In this document: positions 17,237 to 24,830 of the stretch, piece after piece | Position numbering within the stretch: the first letter of the stretch is position 1 | Layout: every line of letters begins with the position of its first letter | Virus record (IMG/VR): IMGVR_UViG_3300028888_000358 | Source: a virus | Strand: one strand, 5' to 3' | DNA length: 32,736 nucleotides | Position numbers and translations under genes: made by a program | Notes under the pieces: model-generated | The model's input: the letters and a program-made list of their open reading frames with translations, nothing else | What the model was told of the DNA's origin: nothing | Database searches by the model: none

Positions 17237-19273
17237 ATGGCAATACCAGAAAATTTCATCGATAAATTCACTGATGTCGATTCCGGCGAAAGACGCGACA
17301 TCTGCCCCGCAGCCGACAAGGTGAGGGTTGACAACGACAACTTCGAGGGCGCCGACCTTGACGAAGTCCTTGACGAGATTGCAGAAGCGATCAATGATGC
17401 TGGCGAGGGCGGCTACACCCCGCCACAGGGCGGCATCCCCAAGACCGACCTTTCAAGCGACGTGCAGTCCTCGCTCGGCAAAGCCGACACGGCCTACCAG
17501 AAGCCCGCATCGGGCATCCCTGCCAGTGACCTTGCATCGGGTGTCATCCCCGACGTGAGTGGTCTGGCCACCAAGACCGAGGTCAACACGGGGCTCGCTT
17601 CCAAGGCTAATGCAGCCGACATCCCGACAAAGGTCAGCGAACTTCTCAATGACGAGGGATTTATCACCGCAGCGGCATTGGCTGACGTGGTAGTTGGTAG
17701 TGGTGACTTTGCCATGACCTACGACGAGGCCACCGACACTTTTAACATCGTGCGGCTCGTGCCGACATTGCAGGTCACTCCGTTGTCATCAATGAGTGCA
17801 TCCACCAAGAGCGGCACGTTCAAGGTCAGCGGAACAAACCTCAAGGGCGATGTGACGATTGCCTTGCCTCAAGGCGCTTCAAATTGGTTGCTTTCAACAG
17901 GCGGTGGCGCAGGTGCATCAAGCCTCACATTGTCGCCCACTAACGGGACGCTTGCAGAGACTACCATCACTGTGGCTTATTCTGGCAGTACTGACAGCGT
18001 GGGCAATACCATCACCATATCAAGCACTGGTGCAGAGAGCAAGACCGTGACTGCAACGTACACCGAACACGCTGGCCCGACTATTACAACAAGCAACGCA
18101 GGTATCAGCATCAGCGAGGTGGGCGGCTACCAGAATACCGCTACCTTGCAGATTACTGGTGTGATGCTCACTGGAAACATCACGGCTGCATTGAGCGGAA
18201 CGAATGCAAGCAAGTTCTCGTTGTCCAAGTCCACGTTCACGCAGAACGATGGCACGGTCAACGATACATTGACCATCACCTATAAACCTTCTGCAAGTGA
18301 CACTGGTTCGCATAGTGCCACCCTGACCCTCTCAAGCACTGGTGCTACATCCGTTGTCATCGCCTTGACTGGCACGGTCTTGTCGCAGTCCTTATCAGTC
18401 AGTCCAAGCACATTATCGTTTGAGAGTGCGGTAAACCAAGAATCTGTCGCAAAGACTTTGACCGTGACTGGCACAAACTTGAAGAACGATGTCACCATCT
18501 CCGTTCCTGCTGGTTTCGCAGCAAAGGTCGGCGGCAATACCGTATCATCATTGGCAAAAGCAGATGTCATGGCAAGCGGTGGTGTGACCGTATCCGTAAC
18601 GGCATTGGGTACTGTGGCAAGCGGCACGTTGGGATTTTCCTCAATCACATTGGCAAGTACAACATTGTCGCAGAATGTTTCCCTCGGTTGGACCGAGCAA
18701 GAGCCAGCACCTGCGGTCAACAGTTACAAGATTGTCGGCAATGTGAGATACAGATTCAGGTCATCGCAAAACAATGGTGTCGCTGATAATTGTGCAGTTG
18801 CTAAACCAGAAGGAGGCGAATGGGATGATTCGACCTATGCAGGAAATATCACTATACCAGAATACATCACCGTTGCTGGGAACCAATATCCTATCAAAAT
18901 GATAGACGTAAGGGCATTTTATAAAGCCTCGAATTTGGTCAGTGTTGATTTGTCTGCCGCATCACAACTCACAAACGTACAAGATTATTCTTTCTATGGG
19001 ACGGCGATCACCGAACTTGACATTGCAAGCGGAGTGACTGAGTTGGCTAACAATTCGCTCCAGAATTGCCCATCGCTTACTAAGCTGACACTACGTTACA
19101 ATGGTGTGGTAAAAATCTATGGTGACACACTTGGTGGAACGACGCAGAACCTTTCAGAAGTATTTGTCCCGAGCGGGCAGATTGCGAGCTACGAAGCCGA
19201 CCAAAACCAATATTCCAATAATACTTATGGTTGGAAAAATAAAAATGTTGTTTTCAAACCAATAACCGAATAA
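17237..19273 (+). CDS. Tail fibre / receptor-binding protein: fibre N-terminus, three Ig-like repeats, C-terminal BspA-type leucine-rich repeat domain
   Basis: Three ~100-aa repeats each contain (V/I)(S/T)G(T/V)NL(K/T)G(D/N)(V/I)T (aa ~178-487). The C-terminus ITIPEYITVAGNQYPIKMIDVRAFYKASNLVSVDL...VQDYSFYGTAITELDIASGVTELANNSLQNCPSLTKL matches the BspA/LRR_5 pattern. Confidence 0.7.
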   Translation: MAIPENFIDKFTDVDSGERRDICPAADKVRVDNDNFEGADLDEVLDEIAEAINDAGEGGYTPPQGGIPKTDLSSDVQSSLGKADTAYQKPASGIPASDLASGVIPDVSGLATKTEVNTGLASKANAADIPTKVSELLNDEGFITAAALADVVVGSGDFAMTYDEATDTFNIVRLVPTLQVTPLSSMSASTKSGTFKVSGTNLKGDVTIALPQGASNWLLSTGGGAGASSLTLSPTNGTLAETTITVAYSGSTDSVGNTITISSTGAESKTVTATYTEHAGPTITTSNAGISISEVGGYQNTATLQITGVMLTGNITAALSGTNASKFSLSKSTFTQNDGTVNDTLTITYKPSASDTGSHSATLTLSSTGATSVVIALTGTVLSQSLSVSPSTLSFESAVNQESVAKTLTVTGTNLKNDVTISVPAGFAAKVGGNTVSSLAKADVMASGGVTVSVTALGTVASGTLGFSSITLASTTLSQNVSLGWTEQEPAPAVNSYKIVGNVRYRFRSSQNNGVADNCAVAKPEGGEWDDSTYAGNITIPEYITVAGNQYPIKMIDVRAFYKASNLVSVDLSAASQLTNVQDYSFYGTAITELDIASGVTELANNSLQNCPSLTKLTLRYNGVVKIYGDTLGGTTQNLSEVFVPSGQIASYEADQNQYSNNTYGWKNKNVVFKPITE

Positions 19274-19277
19274 CATT

Positions 19278-20522
19278 ATGAGCAAGATTAGTATAGACGG
19301 ACATATCATCGGCACCGATGCCGAAAAGGTTGTTTACGGCAAGAACAATGCCGCCACTGTAGAGGATGCACTTGACGCGCTTTTTGAGGGCGCAGGGTCT
19401 TCAGATGATGACGAAATCAGCAATGCAGACTTGGCTATGCTTGCCGACAAACTGCTTACAAAAAGCGGCATCGTGTCTGCGGCTTATTTGACGCGATACT
19501 ACGTTGATTCAAAGGCTACCACGCAAGTTGGAGGGTCATTCGACCCTAGCAAACTAAATGGTCAGAGTGACTATGGTAATACTTATGCCTGCCACTTTGT
19601 GATTGACATTTACGAGGGCGATGTGCTACACTATGACGGTATCGGTTTTTATAATGAAGACTATTGGGGTTACGTCATTTGTGATGCAGGCAACAAGGTG
19701 CTTGCTACTGGCGGCCAAATCATCAATGGTCAGCGTGCAACTGGTACAGCGACTGCGCCTGCTGGTAGCCGATATGTGTATATTACATCAATTCAAGGAT
19801 ACAAACCGAGAGTATGGGTAGAAACCAACCGACACCGCATCAAGAAGCCTGTGGATGTCATTGTTAGTTTTGGAGATTCAATCACCACTGATAGCGTTGA
19901 GGGAAATCGCCCCCACTGCTATCCTATATTGCTGGCGAAAATGTTTGGTGCAGAAGTTAATCGCATCAGTCTTTCTGGTGCGAGCATCAATCACCTCGGC
20001 GCATCTATCCCAAGGTCAAGGGTAGATGCAGATGTCGTCACAATCATGTACGGCGCAAACGACGCAAACCAAATTAAGGACGGGGATACTATGGGAACAG
20101 CATCTTCTGCTCTTTCAATATTCCCCGCAAATTACACGACTTCACAACTGACTGCGGAGAACATCACGTCACTTGAGCAGAGCCATATTGGAAGGTATAG
20201 GCTTTATCTTGGTCAACTTCTTGAGCATCTTGTGAAAGAGGATTCGGTCATTTTCTGCATCGGGCCTACTGCGGCTTTAGGCGCAATCGGGGCTTATGTG
20301 ACCGCACTGAACGCATTTCGTGAAGAGGTGAAAGCTCTTGTTGAAGGACTAAACCTTGAGCGTGTCAGGTATATCGACGGCTCTGTCCTTCTAAGCGTTG
20401 ATTCCTTCCACTACTATGACACAATGCACCTTAACCAGAACGGGCAGGAGATGCTGGCTGACGGCTTGTATCCGTACATCTTGCACACCAGGCTGCGCGG
20501 TTTGTCAAGCAACTATGATTAA
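19278..20522 (+). CDS. Tail-associated SGNH/GDSL hydrolase (putative glycan deacetylase)
   Basis: The N-terminus has the fibre-like motif AATVEDALDALF. The C-terminal half has VIVSFGDSITTD (block I), MYGANDAN (block III) and DTMHLNQNG (block V). Confidence 0.7.
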   Translation: MSKISIDGHIIGTDAEKVVYGKNNAATVEDALDALFEGAGSSDDDEISNADLAMLADKLLTKSGIVSAAYLTRYYVDSKATTQVGGSFDPSKLNGQSDYGNTYACHFVIDIYEGDVLHYDGIGFYNEDYWGYVICDAGNKVLATGGQIINGQRATGTATAPAGSRYVYITSIQGYKPRVWVETNRHRIKKPVDVIVSFGDSITTDSVEGNRPHCYPILLAKMFGAEVNRISLSGASINHLGASIPRSRVDADVVTIMYGANDANQIKDGDTMGTASSALSIFPANYTTSQLTAENITSLEQSHIGRYRLYLGQLLEHLVKEDSVIFCIGPTAALGAIGAYVTALNAFREEVKALVEGLNLERVRYIDGSVLLSVDSFHYYDTMHLNQNGQEMLADGLYPYILHTRLRGLSSNYD

Positions 20523-20537
20523 GGAGGTGCTTGGAGA

Positions 20538-21008
20538 ATGATTGACCTGAACGGATTGAAATTAATGTCATTGCTGGTTGGTGTGGCTGCGTTGGTCGTG
20601 GTCATCGCCATCATGCTTGACCTTGCCAGCGGACTGCGTAAAGCCAAGCTATTGGGCGAGGCGCGAACCTCATATGCCTATGAGCGTACCACAACGAAAC
20701 TGATGCGTAACGGCTCGCTGGTTCTTATTATGGCCATGATTGACCTGCTGCTTTTCTTCGGCCACCTATGGGAGTTGATAGGTTTGACGCTGCTCAGTAA
20801 CGTGCCTGTGATAACATTTATCGCAGCCGCATGGATGTGCTTTGTACAGGCCGAAAGCATCCGTGAGAAGGCCGAGGACAAGGCCGAGCGCAAGAGCGCA
20901 GCCACGCTCAAGCAATTGGCCGAGGTATTGACCACCGAGCAGATACAGGCGTTGTTGAATAAAATGCAGAGCAAAACAAAGGTAGACGATGGAACTGAAA
21001 CTGATTAG
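20538..21008 (+). CDS. Holin (phage_holin_4-like)
   Basis: AGGAGG at 20522-20527. Several TM segments. MLDLASGLRKAKLLGEARTS resembles the D..TG...A......S holin motif. It lies directly upstream of the putative endolysin. Confidence 0.6.
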   Translation: MIDLNGLKLMSLLVGVAALVVVIAIMLDLASGLRKAKLLGEARTSYAYERTTTKLMRNGSLVLIMAMIDLLLFFGHLWELIGLTLLSNVPVITFIAAAWMCFVQAESIREKAEDKAERKSAATLKQLAEVLTTEQIQALLNKMQSKTKVDDGTETD

Positions 21009-21471
21009 AACGGCACGCAAACCCAAGTACACCATCGGTCACCTGTACAGGCGAGACAAAGAGAACGGCCAATGGGTGTATTTGTGTGACACGATCGAGG
21101 ACAAAGACAGAGGTTTGGATCAATCCATGACCGAGGCTAATATCGCCAAGCTCAAGGTCAAGCATCAAACCGCCATACCGACTGGCACCTATGAGATTGA
21201 CATGAACACGGTGAGCGGCACGTTTGTCAAGAAACCCCAGTACAAGGAATTCTGCGGGGGACGTGTGCCGAGGCTCAAGAATGTCAAAGGCTTTTCGGGC
21301 ATCTTGATCCATTCAGGCACTGACCAGGACAGCAGTTCGGGTTGTATAATCGTTGGGCAGAACAAGGTCGTGGGCAAGGTCATCAATTCCTGGGCGACAT
21401 TCAAACGTGTGTATCCATTGCTCAAGGTAGCTGCCAACAGGAGCGAGAGGATAACCATAACTATCGTGTGA
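20989..21471 (+). CDS. Putative endolysin with a YkuD (L,D-transpeptidase)-like fold (DUF5675-like)
   Basis: TAIPTGTYEI...GFSGILIHSGTDQDSSSGCIIVG contains the H...S.GC catalytic-type motif. It sits in the lysis-cassette position. Confidence 0.55.
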   Translation: MELKLIRTARKPKYTIGHLYRRDKENGQWVYLCDTIEDKDRGLDQSMTEANIAKLKVKHQTAIPTGTYEIDMNTVSGTFVKKPQYKEFCGGRVPRLKNVKGFSGILIHSGTDQDSSSGCIIVGQNKVVGKVINSWATFKRVYPLLKVAANRSERITITIV

Positions 21472-21472
21472 C

Positions 21473-21625
21473 ATGGACGAGGATATCTACAACAGGATGA
21501 TGAGCGAGGAACATGAGCGCATGGAGCGACAGGCGAAAGCCTTTACCCGTGGCTGCGGCATGATGTTCCTCGTCATCGCAGTTGTGGTGGCGGTTATTAT
21601 GATATTCATCCAGCTTGTAAGGTAA
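21473..21625 (+). CDS. Small C-terminally anchored membrane protein (50 aa), part of the lysis cassette
   Basis: It is below the ORF-track size cutoff. ATG lies 2 nt after the endolysin stop. MDEDIYNRMMSEEHERMERQAKAF is followed by the TM helix MMFLVIAVVVAVIMIFI. Confidence 0.5.
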   Translation: MDEDIYNRMMSEEHERMERQAKAFTRGCGMMFLVIAVVVAVIMIFIQLVR

Positions 21626-21644
21626 ACTTTAAACTTGTAAGGTT

Positions 21645-22154
21645 ATGACAATAGACAAAAAGTCAGCGTTAATCGCTTTGGTGTGGTTCGTTATCGGCTG
21701 CATCTGCGGATTTTTTATGTGTAAGGGAGTGTATGACCGACCCATCAAGGAGAGCGTCGTGCGTGACACGGTGACGGTCATTGACACGGTATCCCGCTAC
21801 TATCCCAAGCCTGTGAGCGTGGAACGAGTGAGAACCGAGTATAAGTGGCTGACCCGTGTAACCACCGACACGGTGACGCGATTCAGCGTGCAGCACGATA
21901 GTGTGTTGGTGGAAGTGCCGATAGAGAGTAAGCACTACAACGCCCCGGAGTACGATGCTTGGGTCAGTGGCTATATGCCCAGCCTGGATTCTATCAACGT
22001 CTATCAAAAGACCGAATACATCACCGAGACCGTGACGTTAAGCAAGCCTCCCAATAGATTCTCCATCGGCTTGCAGGGTGGCTACGGCTACGGATTTAAG
22101 AGCAAGGCATGGGAGCCGTATATCGGCATCGGCATCGGCATAAAGATATTTTAG
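21645..22154 (+). CDS. Envelope-spanning lysis accessory protein (spanin-like candidate)
   Basis: N-terminal signal/anchor ALIALVWFVIGCICGFF. The C-terminus GGYGYGFKSKAWEPYIGIGIGIKIF has alternating hydrophobic residues and ends in Phe, like an OMP beta-signal. Confidence 0.45.
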   Translation: MTIDKKSALIALVWFVIGCICGFFMCKGVYDRPIKESVVRDTVTVIDTVSRYYPKPVSVERVRTEYKWLTRVTTDTVTRFSVQHDSVLVEVPIESKHYNAPEYDAWVSGYMPSLDSINVYQKTEYITETVTLSKPPNRFSIGLQGGYGYGFKSKAWEPYIGIGIGIKIF

Positions 22155-22220
22155 GAGTGTTAATCAGTTGTTTCATTGTTTGACCTACTTTGAAAGGAGG
22201 GGTTTTTAGTTTTACAAGTT

Positions 22221-22258
22221 GGCTGGCGGGTGCAGGGATGCAGGGAACCAGCCTTTTT
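22221..22258 (+). terminator. Candidate terminator 1 after the lysis cassette
   Basis: GGCTGG (22221-26) pairs with CCAGCC (22248-53), followed by a T5 run. The loop is long (21 nt). Confidence 0.45.
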
Positions 22259-22297
22259 GTTTTGGAATGGTTTAAGGTTAATTAGTTAATTAGGGAG

Positions 22298-22332
22298 CCG
22301 CCACCGTCAGTGATGATCGTGGCGGTTTTTTT
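22298..22332 (+). terminator. Rho-independent terminator 2
   Basis: CCGCCAC (22298-22304) pairs with GTGGCGG (22319-22325), followed by a T7 run (22326-22332). Confidence 0.65.
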
Positions 22333-22375
22333 GTCAGTCCAGGAATTATTACTACCTTTGCCACAACGTCGTGAG

Positions 22376-22560
22376 ACGGAAATGGTAGAATTATTTTGAC
22401 CTGCACCCGAAAGGGTGCTTTTTTACACTTTTGGTGCTGTTTTGTTGCTAAAGAAAAAAGGAGTTACCGACAACACACTATCAGTCAGCGTTTTGTCGGC
22501 AACAATCATGTTTAACCCTAAAAAACTGGGAAAATATAACGAAATGGTAACGAAATGGTA
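22376..22560 (+). repeat. Three copies of ACG(G)AAATGGTA (candidate arm-type recombinase sites)
   Basis: Copies at 22376-22387 (ACGGAAATGGTA), 22539-22549 and 22550-22560. The last two are perfect tandem 11-mers. Confidence 0.6.
22403..22424 (+). terminator. Rho-independent terminator 3
   Basis: GCACCC (22403-08), GAAA loop, GGGTGC (22413-18), then a T6 run (22419-24). Confidence 0.7.
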
Positions 22561-22671
22561 ATAAAAGCGGGTGTGAAAGGGGATTGCGGGATTTCCAAGT
22601 ACCATATCAGTACCATATCGGTGTATAATTTTTTGTTGCTCTTTTGTTGCTTTTGTTGCTTTTTTGTTGCT
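22441..22671 (+). repeat. Five copies of TTTGTTGCT, four clustered just upstream of int
   Basis: Copies at 22441-49, 22632-40, 22643-51, 22652-60 and 22663-71. The cluster ends 39 nt before the int ATG. Confidence 0.6.
22598..22619 (+). repeat. Tandem 11-mer AGTACCATATC x2, containing the inverted ATGGTA core
   Basis: Perfect copies at 22598-22608 and 22609-22619. TACCAT is the reverse complement of the ATGGTA core in the upstream repeats. Confidence 0.6.
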
Positions 22672-22709
22672 ATCTTTGCGCCCGTAAAGGTCAAAATAAC
22701 TGTCAAACG

Positions 22710-23771
22710 ATGAACAAACAATCCGTAACACTGAGGCGGCGCACGCTGGCATCCGGGAACACAACCCTCTACCTGGACATCTACCACGGCGGCATCCGCA
22801 CATACGAATATCTGAAACTTTACCTGGTGCCCGAGCACGGACGCAAGGACAAGGAGGCGAACCGCCAGACGGTGGCACTCGCCGAGGCGATCGCCGCCAA
22901 GCGGCTTGTCGAGGTCCGCAACGGGCAATATGGATTTCAGGCGCGTGTGAGCGTTTCACTTCGTGAATATGTATCAACTATAATCCAAAGCAAGAAAGGC
23001 AGCACACGGCGCAGATATGTCGCCCTGGCGGCCATCCTCCACGGATGCTGCCGTACCGGCATGACGCTCGAGGACATCACCCCTGCATGGTTCACCGCGT
23101 TCCTCACCTACATCGGTCGGCAGGGCTATGCCCGCAACACGATGGCGGTCTATGTGGCGACCATGCGATACATCGTCAACCAGGCATACCGTGAGGGGCT
23201 GCTCACTACAAACCCCATCGCTGGCATCAAGGGCGTGGGCTACGAAGAGACTAACCGTGTATATCTCACCGTGGACGAAGTGCGTAAGCTCGTGGAGACG
23301 CCGTGCGACAACGATGTGACGAAGCGGGCATTCCTTTTCGGGTGCCTGACGGGTCTTCGCAACTGCGACATCCGATCGTTGACTTGGGCAGACGTACACC
23401 ACCAGGACGGTTACACCCGAATCATCTTCAGGCAGCACAAGACCAAGGGACAGGAATATCTTGACATATCGGCACAGGCCGCGTCGCTCATGGGCGACCG
23501 CGTCGCGGATGATGAGCCAGTGTTCCCGCTCATGAGCTGGCATGCGGTCCGCAACCACATCTTCTCATGGGTGGAGCGTGCAGGCATCAACAAGCATGTT
23601 ACCTTCCATTCATCACGCCACACCTTCGCCGTGATGATGCTGGGCGTGACGGACATCTATACCGTGAGCAAGCTGCTGGGTCATCGTGAGCTGTCCACCA
23701 CCCAGGTATATGCCCATGTCCTGGACAAAGCCAAGCGTGAGGCCGTGGACAATATGCCCGACCTTCTTTAG
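22710..23771 (+). CDS. int: Tyrosine recombinase / phage integrase (Bacteroidetes type with N-terminal arm-binding domain)
   Basis: N-terminus VTLRRRTLASGNTTLYLDIYHGGIRTYEYLKLYL. Catalytic motifs LTGLRNCDIRSL, HSSRHTFAVMM and LLGHRELSTTQVYAHV. ATG 22710 was chosen because the TTG at 22644 reads through the repeat field. Confidence 0.9.
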   Translation: MNKQSVTLRRRTLASGNTTLYLDIYHGGIRTYEYLKLYLVPEHGRKDKEANRQTVALAEAIAAKRLVEVRNGQYGFQARVSVSLREYVSTIIQSKKGSTRRRYVALAAILHGCCRTGMTLEDITPAWFTAFLTYIGRQGYARNTMAVYVATMRYIVNQAYREGLLTTNPIAGIKGVGYEETNRVYLTVDEVRKLVETPCDNDVTKRAFLFGCLTGLRNCDIRSLTWADVHHQDGYTRIIFRQHKTKGQEYLDISAQAASLMGDRVADDEPVFPLMSWHAVRNHIFSWVERAGINKHVTFHSSRHTFAVMMLGVTDIYTVSKLLGHRELSTTQVYAHVLDKAKREAVDNMPDLL

Positions 23772-24202
23772 ACATCAAGTCTCACTTTCCCGTAGTAGAA
23801 TTCGTTGCCGGCGTTCTCATCGTCTTCGTCTTCTTTTGCCTTTGCGATATAGCCATAGGCTTTCACCGTGCCGCCAGCAGCCATGATGGCGACATGGGCT
23901 CCGACGCTGCCCGCCGGTAGCCAACCGATTCTCTTATCATTGATATAAATGCCAACGGCGTAGGGGTCGTGGGGGTTATCCCTATATGCCACAGCGGCGC
24001 CTTCAAAGTCCCCGAGATACCTATCATCAATACCGCTTTTATTGATTCCCTTGATGGAATACTCGTCTTCAAGTTCTAGGTTGTAGTCGATTTCCATCAG
24101 TGGGTTGTGCTCCTCTTTTGGCCCCTTAAAGTTTCTCAATATGAGTTTAATGAGAATCCACAGCGCGGCGGCAGCAACTAATAACCAAAATAATGTGCTC
24201 AT
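23768..24202 (-). CDS. Membrane-anchored HIRAN-domain protein, co-oriented with and immediately downstream of the repressor
   Basis: N-terminal TM helix LFWLLVAAAALWILIKLIL. AYRDNPHDPYAVGIYINDKRIGWLPAGSVGAHVAIMAAGG fits the HIRAN pattern (REP.NP.D..A..V......IG.LP). ATG 24202 lies 1 nt after the cI stop, and an alternative TTG start is at 24223. Confidence 0.6.
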   Translation of the reverse strand: MSTLFWLLVAAAALWILIKLILRNFKGPKEEHNPLMEIDYNLELEDEYSIKGINKSGIDDRYLGDFEGAAVAYRDNPHDPYAVGIYINDKRIGWLPAGSVGAHVAIMAAGGTVKAYGYIAKAKEDEDDENAGNEFYYGKVRLDV

Positions 24203-24203
24203 A

Positions 24204-24830
24204 TCAGTTGCAAAGACGGACAAGTCCGATTACCAGGTTAAACGAATAGATTTCACTCTTAGGTACGATGAAGTCGGGGTAGTTCTCGTTGAAGCTCACG
24301 CAACGGATGCCGTCCCCTTCATCGAATATTTTCTTCACGATTACACCCTGTGAGGTGAACAGCACATAGATGCGACCCCACTGGAGAAATGATGGTTCCT
24401 CAATCTTGAGGCATGCCACCTCGTCGCCTGGGTAGATGTAAGGCTGCATGGACTCACCTGTCACCCTCATGGTGAAGGTGTAGTTCGGGAACATCGGCAC
24501 GATAGGCACCTGCTCACACTGGGCCAGAGCTACCCCGTCCAACACCTCGTTCTGCCCTCCCGTTGTGTTGATCGGAAGGCGTGGACGGGTGTCAACAACC
24601 AAGGGAGGCGGGGATGGGCTGCTTATCATTTCCCCCTCACCATACAGCAGCCAATCTCTATTGAGTTCTGGAAATGCTGATAGAACATTGCCCAATTTAT
24701 CTGCACCGAAACCTTTACGCATTGAAGACACATATCCATTTGACATTCCGCACCTGATTTCAAACTCTTTTACGCTGATTTTCTTATATTTAATGAACTC
24801 AATCGTTCTTTCTTTGATAGTCGTTCCCAT
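24204..24830 (-). CDS. cI: CI-like repressor: N-terminal HTH plus C-terminal S24 (LexA-like) autopeptidase
   Basis: HTH region FEIRCGMSNGYVSSMRKG...NRDWLLYGEGEM. S24 region VTGESMQPYIYPGDEV...GVIVKKI. It is divergent from the early operon. Confidence 0.85.
   Translation of the reverse strand: MGTTIKERTIEFIKYKKISVKEFEIRCGMSNGYVSSMRKGFGADKLGNVLSAFPELNRDWLLYGEGEMISSPSPPPLVVDTRPRLPINTTGGQNEVLDGVALAQCEQVPIVPMFPNYTFTMRVTGESMQPYIYPGDEVACLKIEEPSFLQWGRIYVLFTSQGVIVKKIFDEGDGIRCVSFNENYPDFIVPKSEIYSFNLVIGLVRLCN

Noticed and set aside
17237-19273. Diversity-generating retroelement targeting the fibre gene
   Set aside because: No reverse transcriptase ORF is present, and I saw no template/variable repeat pair with adenine-specific differences anywhere in the window. 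The internal repeats are protein-domain duplications with diverged DNA.
22644-22709. Upstream TTG-initiated extension of the integrase ORF (MLLLLLFCCYLCARKG...)
   Set aside because: It is the translation of the TTTGTTGCT repeat array. The conserved integrase N-terminus begins right after ATG 22710.
22423-22977. 184-aa and 136-aa minus-strand ORFs across the attP field and the integrase 5' end
   Set aside because: They are antisense to a well-supported integrase gene and run through repeat and terminator DNA. Their sequences are low-complexity and Arg/Cys/Pro-rich, typical of shadow ORFs.
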